Shown here piece by piece: positions 49,495-59,152 of a stretch of DNA of 59,152 bases (the stretch's first letter is position 1; every line of letters begins with the position of its first letter). The stretch spans positions 1 through 59,152 of the forward strand of contig JANOFU010000094.1 in NCBI GenBank assembly GCA_031413815.1. The letters run 5' to 3'. The notes under the pieces are model-generated. The model was not told where the DNA came from. It worked only from the letters and a program-made list of their open reading frames with translations, and searched no databases. Position numbers and translations under genes: made by a program. Origin of the DNA: Hyphomicrobium sp. (GTDB lineage: Bacteria; Pseudomonadota; Alphaproteobacteria; Rhizobiales; Hyphomicrobiaceae).

Positions 49495-50232
49495 ATGACC
49501 GATCCTGCCTCACACCTGCGCCGCTCGCCGCTGCGCCGTGCCCTTGAAACAGCTGGCGCCACGTGGCGCGATCTGGGCGATACGGCGATAGCGGACATCG
49601 CAGCCCCTGCTTCCGCCATTCAAACACTGGCCATCGCCGATCTCTCGCCATTGCCCCGATTGGGCTTCAAGGGACGCGGCACGATCGACGCGATGAAGAA
49701 ACGCGGCGTCATAGTTGAAGCAACACCCAACAAAGCGTTTCGCCAGCCCGGCGGCGGCCTGTGCCTCGTGCTGGCACCCGGCGAAGTGATTCTGCTGTCA
49801 AACATGACTGGTAATGGTGCCAAACTGGACGAGATGCACGACGGCTGGAAGCTCGACGATGCCGAGCGGACTTATCCCCTGTTGCGCAATGACAGCCATG
49901 CTTGGTTCCGCATTGTGGGTGCCAAGTCCCCGGCGATGTTTGCCAAAATCTGCGGCGTTGACCTGCGCGCCGACAAGTTTAACGATCTTTCGATTGCTCA
50001 AACTTCCGTTGCGAAGCTGTCGGCCATCATCGTCCGGGCCGACATTGGCGGGCTGGTTGCATTCCATGTGCTTGCCGACAGTGCCTCGGCCCTGTACTTT
50101 TTGGATTGCCTGAGGGATGCTGCCCAAGAATTCGGTGGGCAGCTCACCGGCCACAAAATGTTGCAGGACGTTGAAACGCATGAAGAAACGCGCAGGCATC
50201 GGATCGGACAAGCCGCCATCGAGCCGACCTGA
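49495..50232 (+). CDS. mgdD: sarcosine-oxidase gamma-subunit family protein
   Basis: SoxG-like. Starts 3 nt after the alpha-subunit stop. Confidence 0.7.
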   Translation: MTDPASHLRRSPLRRALETAGATWRDLGDTAIADIAAPASAIQTLAIADLSPLPRLGFKGRGTIDAMKKRGVIVEATPNKAFRQPGGGLCLVLAPGEVILLSNMTGNGAKLDEMHDGWKLDDAERTYPLLRNDSHAWFRIVGAKSPAMFAKICGVDLRADKFNDLSIAQTSVAKLSAIIVRADIGGLVAFHVLADSASALYFLDCLRDAAQEFGGQLTGHKMLQDVETHEETRRHRIGQAAIEPT

Positions 50233-50971
50233 GTCCGACCCGCTGCGCGAGCTGCTGGAGACTGTGCGGCCTAAGCCCGGGCGCACTGCAGGGGAACTAG
50301 CGTCCAGTTTCGATGACTCGGATGGCGATGATCTAGACACCGCCGATCCTGGCCAAGACCCCCATGCCCTGAGTGGCGCCCGCGACAACGTTCTTGAAGT
50401 CGCCATCGGCCGCGAAGTGCGTGCTTTCCGCAAAAAGCTCGGCATCACGGTATCAGATCTTGCGCGCGCAACGGGCTTATCGCTCGGCATGCTGTCGAAG
50501 ATCGAGAACGGCGTCACGTCCGCATCGCTGACCACGCTGCAGCGGTTGTCACGCGCGCTCGGCGTTCCGGTGACGGCCTTGTTCCGTCGCTTCGAAGAAC
50601 GCCGCGATGCGGTGTTTGTCTCGGCCGGCAAAGGATTGGTCATCGAACGTCGCGGCACGCGTGCGGGACATCAATATCAACTGCTGGGCCACACGGGCGG
50701 CACGTCGGCGGGCGTTGTCGTTGAGCCGTATCTGATCACTTTGACGGAAAAGTCCGACGTTTTCCCGCTGTTCCAGCATTCGGGGATTGAGTTCCTGTAC
50801 ATGCTGGAAGGTGAAGTCATCTATCGCCACGCCGACAAACTCTACACAATGAAGCCTGGTGACAGCCTGTTCTTCGACGCAGACGCCCCGCACGGTCCCG
50901 AAGAACTCGTCAAGCTGCCAATCCGGTTCCTGTCGGTAATCAGCTACCCAAGAGAACGGGACGGGGAGTAG
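50180..50971 (+). CDS. XRE-family HTH transcriptional regulator with a C-terminal cupin sensor domain
   Basis: HTH IGREVRAFRKKLGITVSDLARATGLSLGMLSKIENG. Cupin region at the C-terminus. Acidic N-terminal extension. Start is either the M at 50180 or further upstream at 50117. Confidence 0.7.
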   Translation: MKKRAGIGSDKPPSSRPESDPLRELLETVRPKPGRTAGELASSFDDSDGDDLDTADPGQDPHALSGARDNVLEVAIGREVRAFRKKLGITVSDLARATGLSLGMLSKIENGVTSASLTTLQRLSRALGVPVTALFRRFEERRDAVFVSAGKGLVIERRGTRAGHQYQLLGHTGGTSAGVVVEPYLITLTEKSDVFPLFQHSGIEFLYMLEGEVIYRHADKLYTMKPGDSLFFDADAPHGPEELVKLPIRFLSVISYPRERDGE

Positions 50972-51036
50972 GGGTTAGTATGGGGTCATGCACCTTTTGG
51001 GGTGCCTGACCCCGTCAGACGCCCAATCCTCCACAC

Positions 51037-53487
51037 TCACACCCTCACTCTCGCACTCGCCGGATCATAGAGCGCATCGAGCGACACAGTAGCTCCCACG
51101 CGTTCGGTGGCCACTTCGAGTTCATAGGTCCCGGACAGAACGAACTCGCGATCGACGCCTTCCTTAGCACGGCGGACGTAGCCGGTGCCGATCGAGCGGT
51201 TGACCGTGTAACCGAAACCGCCGCTTGACAGCCAACCGACGCGCTCGCCGTTGCGATAGATCGTTTCGCGGCCCAACAGCACAATCGCGGGGTCCGTCGA
51301 AAATCCTGCCATCAATCGCGGCAGCGGTTTTTCGCCCTGCGCAACAAGCGCGTCGCGGCCCTGGAACGGCGTTTTGGATTTCAGTTTTACGGCCCACTCC
51401 AACCCTGCCACGAGCGGCGAATGATCCGGTCCGATATCCGCCCCCCAGGCGCGATACCCCTTCTCCAAACGCAGTGATTCAATCGCACGATAGCCGGCAT
51501 TGGCGATGCCATGCGCAGCGCCTGCAGTCATCAGCGCTTCGTAAACGCTGCCCATAAACTCAACAGGGATATGCAGCTCCCAGCCCAACTCGCCGACGTA
51601 GGTGATGCGCAGCGCCAGAACGGGCGCCCCGGCCAGCGTGATGCGCTTGACGTGTGCGAACGGAAACGCGGCGTTCGCCAGATCTTCGGAAGTCAACGCA
51701 GACAAAATCTCGCGCGCCTTGGGGCCCATCACCGCGAGCACGCCGTAAGCCGACGTGACGTCGGTCAGCCGCGCGTCAAGTCCCGCCGGGATCGAGCGGG
51801 AAATCCAATCGAAGTCATGCGTGGCAAATCCAGTTCCAGTGACGATGTAGAACTCATCACGAGCGAGGCGTGCCACTGTCAAATCGCATTCGATGCCACC
51901 GCGGGCATTCAGCATTTGCGTGTAGGTGAGGCGGCCCGGCGCTTTGGCAACATCGTTGGAGCAAATCCACGATAGCGCGGCTTCCGCATCGCGGCCCGTC
52001 ATCGCGAATTTGGCAAATGATGTTTGGTCGAACACGACGGCACGTTCGCGGCACGTCTGATGCTCGCGGCCGACCGCCTTGAACCAGTTCTGGCGGCCGT
52101 AGGCGTACGTGTCCTTCGGCGTCTCGCCGGCGCCAGCATCCGCGAACCAGTTGGGCCGCTCCCAGCCGAGCTTTTCGCCGAACGACGCGCCCTGCGATTT
52201 CAGCTGATCGTACAACGGCGAGCGGCGCAATGGACGGCCGGAGGTCATTTCCTCGTGCGGCCACGCCATCGTGTAGTGCTTAGCGTAGGCTTCCATCGTG
52301 CGCGTGCGCACCCAATTGGTATCGAGATGGTTGCGGCCGAAGCGGCGGATATCGACGGGCCACAAATCGTACGGCGGCTCGCCCTGGGCGACCCACTCGG
52401 CCAGCACCATGCCAGCCCCACCGCCCGACGCGATGCCGAACGCATTGAAGCCTGCGCCAACGAATACGCCGCGCACTTCCGGTGCTTCGCCTAGAATAAA
52501 GTTGCCATCCGGCGTGAAGCTCTCCGGGCCATTGATAAACTGTTTGATGCCGGCGGTCTGCATGGCAGGCACGCGGCCTGCTGCCAGTTCGAGCAGGGGT
52601 TCGAAGTGTTCGAGATCATTCTCGAGCAGCTGGAAATCAAACGGGTCTGGCACGCCATTGAGAGCCCATGGCATGGGGTTGGGCTCATAGCCACCCATGA
52701 CGAGGCCGCCGACTTCTTCTTTCCAGTAGGTGAGGCGATCAGGATCGCGCAGCGTCGGGAGGTTCGATGTGACGCCGTCGATCTTCTCAGTGATCAGATA
52801 CTGATGCTGCATCGACACGAGCGGCACATTCACGCCCGCCAAAGCGCCAATTTGGCGTGACCACTGACCCGCGCAGATCACAACTTTCTCGCAGGTGATG
52901 CGGCCCTGATCGGTGACAACGGCACGCACCACGCCGCCTTCGACTTCGATGGCCGTGACTTTGACGTCTTCCTTGATGGTGACGCCGGACTGCCGCGCGC
53001 CTTTGGCCAGCGACATGGCGATGTCGGATGGCGAGGCTTGGCCGTCGGTTGGCAGGAACGCCGCGCCAATCACGTCATCGACCTGCATCAGCGGCCATAA
53101 GTCTTGCGCCTCTTTGGGTGTCAGCAATTGCATGTCGAGGCCGAACGACTTAGCCGTCGTCGCCTGCCGCTTCACTTCGGTCCAGCGCTCGGCGGTGCAA
53201 GCAAGGCGAAGCCCGCCGTTGCGCTTCCAGCCGGTGGCCAGACCCGTCTCCGCTTCGAGCTTATCGTAGAGCGCGACGGAGTAGCCGAGCAGCTGTGTGA
53301 TGTTGGCGGACGTGCGCAATTGCCCGACGAGACCCGCAGCGTGCCACGTCGAGCCCGAGGTCAGTTTGGCGCGCTCCAACAAGATGACATCCGTCAGCCC
53401 CATCTTGCCGAGGTGATAGGCGGTCGAACAGCCGACGATACCGCCGCCGATGACGACGATCTTGGCCGAGGCAGGCAGGGTGCTCAT
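51037..53487 (-). CDS. dimethylglycine/sarcosine dehydrogenase-family enzyme (FAD DAO domain plus GcvT folate-binding domain)
   Basis: N-terminal VVIGGGIVGCSTAYHL. C-terminal aminomethyltransferase fold. About 816 aa as in DMGDH/SARDH. Confidence 0.85.
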   Translation of the reverse strand: MSTLPASAKIVVIGGGIVGCSTAYHLGKMGLTDVILLERAKLTSGSTWHAAGLVGQLRTSANITQLLGYSVALYDKLEAETGLATGWKRNGGLRLACTAERWTEVKRQATTAKSFGLDMQLLTPKEAQDLWPLMQVDDVIGAAFLPTDGQASPSDIAMSLAKGARQSGVTIKEDVKVTAIEVEGGVVRAVVTDQGRITCEKVVICAGQWSRQIGALAGVNVPLVSMQHQYLITEKIDGVTSNLPTLRDPDRLTYWKEEVGGLVMGGYEPNPMPWALNGVPDPFDFQLLENDLEHFEPLLELAAGRVPAMQTAGIKQFINGPESFTPDGNFILGEAPEVRGVFVGAGFNAFGIASGGGAGMVLAEWVAQGEPPYDLWPVDIRRFGRNHLDTNWVRTRTMEAYAKHYTMAWPHEEMTSGRPLRRSPLYDQLKSQGASFGEKLGWERPNWFADAGAGETPKDTYAYGRQNWFKAVGREHQTCRERAVVFDQTSFAKFAMTGRDAEAALSWICSNDVAKAPGRLTYTQMLNARGGIECDLTVARLARDEFYIVTGTGFATHDFDWISRSIPAGLDARLTDVTSAYGVLAVMGPKAREILSALTSEDLANAAFPFAHVKRITLAGAPVLALRITYVGELGWELHIPVEFMGSVYEALMTAGAAHGIANAGYRAIESLRLEKGYRAWGADIGPDHSPLVAGLEWAVKLKSKTPFQGRDALVAQGEKPLPRLMAGFSTDPAIVLLGRETIYRNGERVGWLSSGGFGYTVNRSIGTGYVRRAKEGVDREFVLSGTYELEVATERVGATVSLDALYDPASARVRV

Positions 53488-53944
53488 GGGGCTCTCGTGG
53501 TGGGGCTTGGAGGGCTGAGGGCGCGCGGTATGACATTCAAAGCAGGGCGCGCGCCGGGGCGCAAGATGTGCCAATTCAACTCGTGCAGGCGCCCCATGCC
53601 AAGGTGGCGAAGTGAGGGACCAATTCTTTGGGGGGTTGATCGAAGCGAAAAGTGTTTCCGGGATGGGACCAGCCGATATGAGGTGGAACGTTCGGCCCTG
53701 CTAGAGCGTTGTTGTCGAGCCAAAGACCATAACACCAGCGAATGAGCCTACCAGTCTGCGTACCCGTCATAACTAAAGCCCGTGAAAATTATGTAGACGC
53801 TGCGACGTCTTAATCCCATTGCTGACTACGCTGCTGTGGTTTGACCCAGAAGGCGAAGGGTGAGGCTCACGGTTAGTGCGCCGTACAGGCTCCGATGGAA
53901 GATTAATTACGGCCAGTGTCCGGCGTAGGTTGGAATAATCACCT

Positions 53945-56320
53945 ATGGACACTCAGCACTCAGTGAATCAGCCTGAACTCAGCGGCAATAACGGTGACCA
54001 CGTCAACGCAGGTACGCCACTTGTGTCCCCAGTAAAAGACCCCGTCTGCGGCATGGATGTCCACGCCCATACTGCCAAGTATAGAGCCGCACATGAGGGG
54101 CATCCGTATTACTTTTGTTCGGCGGGATGCCGCACGAGATTCATAAGCGAGCCGGCTAAGTACCTCGCCGAGAGGGGCACGAGTGCCGCCCGGCCCATCG
54201 TGATGGCAGGCACAACTTATACCTGCCCCATGCATCCGCAAATCCGCCAGAACGGGCCCGGTGCATGTCCCATCTGCGGCATGGCGCTGGAGCCGGAACT
54301 CGCAAGCCTGGAGGCTGGCCCCAATCCTGAACTCGCCGATATGACCCGGCGATTCTGGATCGGGCTTGCCCTTGCAATTCCCGTTTTGCTTCTGGAGATG
54401 GGCGGTCACGTCACCGGGCTTCATGCGCTGATCGCGCCGGGCCTCTCAAATTGGCTGCAGTTCATCCTGGCAACGCCCGTGGTGCTGTGGGCCGGGTGGC
54501 CGTTTTTTGAGCGCGGCTGGGCGTCCCTCCACTCACGTAATCTCAACATGTTCACACTCATCGCGATGGGCACTGGCGTCGCTTGGATTTACAGCGTTAT
54601 TGCAACGGTTATCCCGGGGTCGTTTCCAGCCGCGTTTCGCAGCCTAGACGGAGCGGTGCCTGTTTATTTCGAGGCTGCCGCCGTGATCACGGTGCTCGTT
54701 CTTTTGGGGCAAGTCCTCGAATTGAAAGCTCGTGAAAGCACCAGCGGCGCTATCCGCGCGTTGCTCGATCTCGCGCCTAAGACCGCACGCCGTGTTGGCC
54801 AAGGCGGCACGGAGGACGACATCCCGATCGACCAGATTGTCGTGGACGACCGGCTGCGGGTCAGGCCCGGCGATAAGGTGCCGGTTGATGGCATGGTGCT
54901 GGAAGGCCGCAGCACGCTCGACGAATCGATGGTGACGGGTGAGTCCCTGCCAGTCGCCAAATCTGTAGGCGACACACTGATTGCAGGGACGATCAACCAG
55001 TCTGGAAGTTTCATCATGCGCGCCGACAAGGTTGGCCGCGACACCATGCTGTCCCGCATTGTCCAGATGGTGGCGCAAGCCCAGCGGAGCCGTGCGCCGG
55101 TCCAGCGCCTCGCCGATTACGTCTCGGGCTGGTTCGTGCCGCTCGTTATTGGCATTGCGCTGGTGGCATTCGCTGCGTGGTCCATTTGGGGGCCGGAGCC
55201 CAGTATGACTTATGGGCTGATTGCCGCCGTCTCCGTCCTGATTATCGCTTGCCCCTGCGCCCTGGGGCTCGCCACCCCGATGTCAATCATGGTCGCTGTC
55301 GGCCGTGGCGCGCAAACAGGTGTGCTGATCAAAAACGCGGAAGCGCTGGAGCTGTTGGAAAAGGTCGATACGATTGTCATCGACAAAACCGGAACGCTGA
55401 CCGAAGGCAGGCCGAAGCTTGTTGCGGTCCGGACTGCAGCCGGCGTGTCAGAAGCTGACGCGCTGCAGCGTGCAGCCAGTCTTGAGCGGATGAGCCAGCA
55501 CCCGCTCGGAGCCGCCATCGTTGCGGCCGCCGAAGTGAAAGGACTTCCCTTATTAGACGTTGAGGACTTTGACGCGCCCACCGGCAAAGGTGTTACCGGT
55601 CTGGTGGGCGGCCAGCGTGTTGTGATCGGGAACGCTCGCATCATGGTAGATGCGGGAGTGGAGACGTCTTCGCTCGACGGTGAGGCCGATCGCCTGCGCG
55701 AGGATGGCGCGACCGTTGTTTTCGTTGCGGCTGACGCCAAACTCATGGGCCTTCTCGCCATCGCAGACCCAATCAAGACCACAACGCGCGAAGCGCTGGA
55801 GGCGCTCAAAGCCGCGGGCTTGAACATCGTCATGCTGACGGGGGACAATAAGGTCACCGCACAAGCGGTTGCCCGCAAGCTCGGGATCACCCAGGTTGAA
55901 GCTGAAGTCCTGCCCGGAGACAAGAGCAGGATCATTGAACGCCTCAAACAGGACGGACACGTCGTGGCCATGGCGGGGGATGGCGTCAATGACGCGCCAG
56001 CGCTGGCCGCTGCCGATGTCGGCATCGCGATGGGCACCGGCACCGATGTTGCCATCGAAAGCGCGAGTATCACACTTGTCAAAGGCGATCTCACCGGCAT
56101 CGTGCGGGCGCGCCGTCTGTCGCAGGCGGCCATGAGCAACATCCGGCAGAACTTGTTCTTTGCCTTCGCCTACAACGCGGCCGGTGTTCCGATTGCAGCT
56201 GGTGTCCTCTATCCCACTTTCGGGGTTCTGCTGTCACCGATCATTGCCGCAGCAGCCATGGCCTTTTCGTCGGTGAGCGTAATCGCAAATTCACTGCGCT
56301 TGAAGCAGCTTAAGCTGTAG
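53945..56320 (+). CDS. copA: copper-translocating P1B-type ATPase with two N-terminal Cys-rich metal-binding modules
   Basis: CPC transmembrane motif, DKTGTLT phosphorylation site, GDGVNDAP. N-terminus has CGMDV...YYFCSAGC (YHS/TRASH-like) and YTCPMHP...CPICGM. Confidence 0.9.
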   Translation: MDTQHSVNQPELSGNNGDHVNAGTPLVSPVKDPVCGMDVHAHTAKYRAAHEGHPYYFCSAGCRTRFISEPAKYLAERGTSAARPIVMAGTTYTCPMHPQIRQNGPGACPICGMALEPELASLEAGPNPELADMTRRFWIGLALAIPVLLLEMGGHVTGLHALIAPGLSNWLQFILATPVVLWAGWPFFERGWASLHSRNLNMFTLIAMGTGVAWIYSVIATVIPGSFPAAFRSLDGAVPVYFEAAAVITVLVLLGQVLELKARESTSGAIRALLDLAPKTARRVGQGGTEDDIPIDQIVVDDRLRVRPGDKVPVDGMVLEGRSTLDESMVTGESLPVAKSVGDTLIAGTINQSGSFIMRADKVGRDTMLSRIVQMVAQAQRSRAPVQRLADYVSGWFVPLVIGIALVAFAAWSIWGPEPSMTYGLIAAVSVLIIACPCALGLATPMSIMVAVGRGAQTGVLIKNAEALELLEKVDTIVIDKTGTLTEGRPKLVAVRTAAGVSEADALQRAASLERMSQHPLGAAIVAAAEVKGLPLLDVEDFDAPTGKGVTGLVGGQRVVIGNARIMVDAGVETSSLDGEADRLREDGATVVFVAADAKLMGLLAIADPIKTTTREALEALKAAGLNIVMLTGDNKVTAQAVARKLGITQVEAEVLPGDKSRIIERLKQDGHVVAMAGDGVNDAPALAAADVGIAMGTGTDVAIESASITLVKGDLTGIVRARRLSQAAMSNIRQNLFFAFAYNAAGVPIAAGVLYPTFGVLLSPIIAAAAMAFSSVSVIANSLRLKQLKL

Positions 56321-56324
56321 CCCG

Positions 56325-56819
56325 ATGCCAACCGGTGCCAGCACTCACAAAGCTGCCGTCGCTCATATAGACTGGACGGCCGCTCTGCGCCGGTATCTCG
56401 TATTTTCGATTTGCGCGCATCTCGTCTGGGAGGTTTTGCAGCTTCCCCTCTACACAATCTGGACGACGGACCCCTGGCCAAGGCAGGTTTGGGCCGTGCT
56501 GCACTGCACCGCGGGCGATGCCATGATTGCGGGCCTCAGCTTGCTCATCGCGCTCGCGATTTTCGCAACCCCGTCTTGGCCGAACGACCGCACGAACTTT
56601 GTGTCTTCTGTTATGCTCCTGCTTGGGACCGTCTACACAATCTATAGCGAATGGATGAACACCACGTTTCGCGCCAACTGGGCCTACTCTGATCTCATGC
56701 CGATTGTGCCGATCCTGTCTATTGGACTGACCCCCTTGCTGCAGTGGCTCATCATACCAGCACTCGCCATGTGGGTTGCGATTGGACGTCCGCGAAACAG
56801 CGCCCAGCCCAATGACTAA
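56325..56819 (+). CDS. hypothetical integral membrane protein (about 4 TM helices) immediately downstream of copA
   Basis: 5-nt spacing after the copA stop. Hydrophobic helices. No recognisable domain. Confidence 0.5.
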   Translation: MPTGASTHKAAVAHIDWTAALRRYLVFSICAHLVWEVLQLPLYTIWTTDPWPRQVWAVLHCTAGDAMIAGLSLLIALAIFATPSWPNDRTNFVSSVMLLLGTVYTIYSEWMNTTFRANWAYSDLMPIVPILSIGLTPLLQWLIIPALAMWVAIGRPRNSAQPND

Positions 56820-57263
56820 CGCGGCTCATTGTGGGTCGTGGGACGGAACGCCAGTTGAAACAACAAGTTCACCATCGACAAAGTCGAGATCGTGGCGAGT
56901 CGAAGCGTTGGCAACGGATCTCACCACGGCCAGACACTGCCGGATCACTGGAGTTCGATGGCGCCAAAAAGCTAATGTGTCATCTGGCATCCCCATTTCA
57001 TTTGCTGGGTCGACCCGAGGGAAACCGAACCCATGACCTCTGCGGTGCGATTTCAGCGCATTCCCGCACTCCCCTCTGACCTACGGCCCCGCCGCTACGG
57101 CTTCGCAATCAAGACTGTGACATTTAGAAACCCGGCCAATCCGTTGTCAGGACATGGGCCCGCCGGTTGAGGTATCCACGGTAGGGCAGGACCAGCAGAC
57201 TTGCCGGGTGAGGCTCAGGCAGGTACACGTGCTTCGATATCAAACGCTTGGCTGCGGGGACCG

Positions 57264-57554
57264 ATGATCGAATTGCTTTACTTTATCAGCTACCTGATCA
57301 CGCTTTATACCTACGTGATCTTCGCGGTCGTGATTTTGGGCTGGCTGATCGCGTTTAACGTCGTCAACGGCCGGAACTCGTTTGTGCAGCAGCTCAACTA
57401 CGCTCTCAACGCCGTGACAGAACCACTCTTGCGGCCGATCCGCCGGATGATGCCCGACCTTGGCGCGATCGACATTTCTCCCATTGTCCTTCTGCTTGGT
57501 TGCGTGTTCGTTCAGAGCGTTGTGATCCCGAATATTGCGAAGGTCTTCGCTTGA
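57264..57554 (+). CDS. yggT: YggT-family membrane protein
   Basis: YggT-like 96-aa two-TM protein (LLYFISYLITLYTYVIFAVVILGWLIAFNVVN). Confidence 0.75.
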   Translation: MIELLYFISYLITLYTYVIFAVVILGWLIAFNVVNGRNSFVQQLNYALNAVTEPLLRPIRRMMPDLGAIDISPIVLLLGCVFVQSVVIPNIAKVFA

Positions 57555-57886
57555 CGTCAGGCGTGGACCTACCATGGCGGGTGGGCCGCGGGTGCGTCAT
57601 CGTGCGCGTGCGCGTCACGCCGAAATCGTCCAAAGATATGTTCGAAGAGATGGAGCAGAGTGCCGATGGACCCGCCATTAGGGTTCACGTGCGCGCGGCG
57701 CCGTCCGAGGGAGAAGCTAACACCGCTGTCGTCCGGGCTGCCGCCGATTGGCTGGGCGTGCCCAAGAGGAGCGTGGCGGTTTCGGCAGGTTTCAAATCAC
57801 GCCTCAAGTCTCTCACGATCACAGGCGACGCGGACGAGATCGGCGCACGGCTGGCCCAACGGCTGGCTGCGACGCCAGACACATAA
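57551..57886 (+). CDS. DUF167 (YggU) family protein
   Basis: DUF167 core (RVRVTPKSSKD ... VRAAPSEGEANTAVV ... LGVPKRSV). Probable TTG start overlapping the yggT stop (TTGA). Alternative GTG at 57563. Confidence 0.65.
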   Translation: MTSGVDLPWRVGRGCVIVRVRVTPKSSKDMFEEMEQSADGPAIRVHVRAAPSEGEANTAVVRAAADWLGVPKRSVAVSAGFKSRLKSLTITGDADEIGARLAQRLAATPDT

Positions 57887-57917
57887 CCCACACGTTGATT
57901 GAATTTGGAGAACACAC

Positions 57918-58796
57918 ATGCCGCTGCACCCCCGCATTATTGACGGCAAGGCCGTCGCCGCCACCGTCCGCGCTGAAGTCGCCAAGGACGTGGCCGCGTT
58001 GAAAGCGGCACACGGCTTCACGCCGGGCCTCGCAGTGGTGCTGGTCGGTGAAGATCCGGCCAGCAAAGTCTACGTCAAGAACAAGGGCGAGCAGACCAAA
58101 GAAGTTGGCATGAACTCGTGGGAGCACCGGCTGCCCGCGGAGACCAGCGAAGCCGACATTCTGGCCATGGTCGACACGCTCAACAAGGATCCGGCGGTAC
58201 ATGGGATTTTGGTGCAGTTGCCGCTGCCAAAGCACGTCAATGCCGAGAAGGTGCTGAACACCATCGACCCGAATAAGGATGTCGACGGCTTCCACCCGAC
58301 CAATGTCGGCCGCCTTTGGATCGGCGAGCGCACGCTGGTGCCGTGCACGCCAACAGGTTCGGTGATCTTGGCCAAAACGGCAGCGCCGAGCCTGGCTGGC
58401 ATGAACGCCGTAGTGTTGGGCCGGTCGAACATTGTCGGCAAGCCGGTGGCAGCCCTTCTGCTGCGCGAGCATTGCACGGTGACGGTCTGCCATTCGCGGT
58501 CGCGCAACTTGCCCGACATCATCAAGGGTGCCGACTTGCTGATTGCGGCCGTCGGCATTCCAGAAATGGTGCGCGGCGATTGGATCAAGCCCGGCGCGAT
58601 TGTCATCGACGTCGGCATCAACCGCGTGCCGTCCGCCAATGGCAAGACCAAGCTGGTCGGCGATTGCAATTATGAAGAATGCGCGAAAGTCGCTGGCGCG
58701 ATCACGCCCGTCCCCGGCGGCGTCGGCCCGATGACGATTGCGTGCTTGCTGCAGAATACGGTTCTGGCAGCGAAGATGCAGAAGGGGATTAAGTAG
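57918..58796 (+). CDS. folD: bifunctional methylenetetrahydrofolate dehydrogenase/cyclohydrolase
   Basis: Collinear with FolD. Motifs GILVQLPLP and [11 protein letters not shown] equivalents. Confidence 0.9.
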   Translation: MPLHPRIIDGKAVAATVRAEVAKDVAALKAAHGFTPGLAVVLVGEDPASKVYVKNKGEQTKEVGMNSWEHRLPAETSEADILAMVDTLNKDPAVHGILVQLPLPKHVNAEKVLNTIDPNKDVDGFHPTNVGRLWIGERTLVPCTPTGSVILAKTAAPSLAGMNAVVLGRSNIVGKPVAALLLREHCTVTVCHSRSRNLPDIIKGADLLIAAVGIPEMVRGDWIKPGAIVIDVGINRVPSANGKTKLVGDCNYEECAKVAGAITPVPGGVGPMTIACLLQNTVLAAKMQKGIK

Positions 58797-58828
58797 GGGG
58801 TCGGGTTTGGGGTGTTGGGTGTCGTGAA

Positions 58829-59149
58829 CTAAGTCGTCGCTGGCGGTGTCAGCGATTTGATTAGGCCGCCGAGCATCCGGCCCACGGAGTCAGCTTGCGA
58901 GATCAGCTCGTCTATTTTTTCCGGACTACAGTATCCAATTCTTCGGATTAGGAGAGCGAGGGTCTCGACTTCCTTTAGGGATCCGCGTGCGATTCCCAGG
59001 AATTGGACGTAGGACCCGCGGCCGTGGCGCCCATACCCTTCAGCAATGTTTGCTGGGACAGAAACGGACGCTCGCCTGATTTGCGACGTGAGACCGTACG
59101 CTTCAGATTTTGGCATGCTGTCCGTTAGCCGATAGGTGGACACCGCCAA
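58829..59149 (-). CDS. four-helix-bundle protein (23S rRNA intervening-sequence protein family); probably N-terminally truncated by the window edge
   Basis: Family motifs (SVPANIAEGYGR, EVETLALLIRRIGY). The ORF reaches within 3 nt of the window end. Confidence 0.6.
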   Translation of the reverse strand: MAVSTYRLTDSMPKSEAYGLTSQIRRASVSVPANIAEGYGRHGRGSYVQFLGIARGSLKEVETLALLIRRIGYCSPEKIDELISQADSVGRMLGGLIKSLTPPATT

Positions 59150-59152
59150 CTC

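Noticed and set aside
56990-57100. Possible minus-strand tRNA (a GGTTCGG T-loop-like motif and an anticodon-like hairpin TGCG-CTGAAAT-CGCA)
   Set aside because: No D-arm and no pairable acceptor stem. GGGTCGACCC is a loop-less palindrome, not an acceptor stem. This is probably fortuitous structure in the 420-bp membrane-protein/yggT spacer.

Overview
High-GC chromosomal segment, alphaproteobacterial in character (Rhizobiales-like gene order and codon usage). I call about 55 protein genes, one probable tRNA with an adjacent degenerate tRNA-like copy, and several regulatory or repeat elements. I see no IS elements, integrases or CRISPR arrays.

Main blocks, left to right:
- 1-1343: a 5' fragment of an rplS-like ORF followed by a ~1.1-kb GC-rich stretch with no credible ORF.
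- Secreted small protein, a metzincin metalloprotease, LysR, MFS transporter, periplasmic cupin.
- A minus-strand bdhA -> patatin-like phospholipase -> membrane class III nucleotidyl cyclase gene string with ATGA coupling.
- A second LysR, two tandem thioredoxin-fold CxxC redoxin paralogues, DUF302.
- DUF485-actP-pip.
- A conserved methyltransferase / comF / grxC / CN-hydrolase / DUF1178 locus.
- PhoX alkaline phosphatase (Tat signal) and an ABC-2 exporter.
- A bioBFDA operon ending in a FabH-like bioZ.
- A secreted caspase-like (C14) protein, a GlcG-like protein, and an SPFH protein with a Lys-rich partner.
- Two tandem tRNA-like genes that share an unusual 6-nt anticodon loop.
- mntH with a perfect 21-bp palindromic operator-like site upstream.
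- A GMC oxidoreductase.
- A complete N-methylglutamate methylamine-utilisation island: gmaS-mgsCBA on the minus strand and mgdABCD (soxBDAG-like) on the plus strand, with an Amt-family transporter, an XRE-cupin regulator and a DMGDH-like enzyme.
- CopA Cu-ATPase, yggT-DUF167-folD, and a partial four-helix-bundle protein at the right edge.

I could not identify a new multi-gene system with confidence. The most unusual signals are the covarying tRNA-like pair, the orphan structured region at the left end, and the accessory genes around the NMG island.
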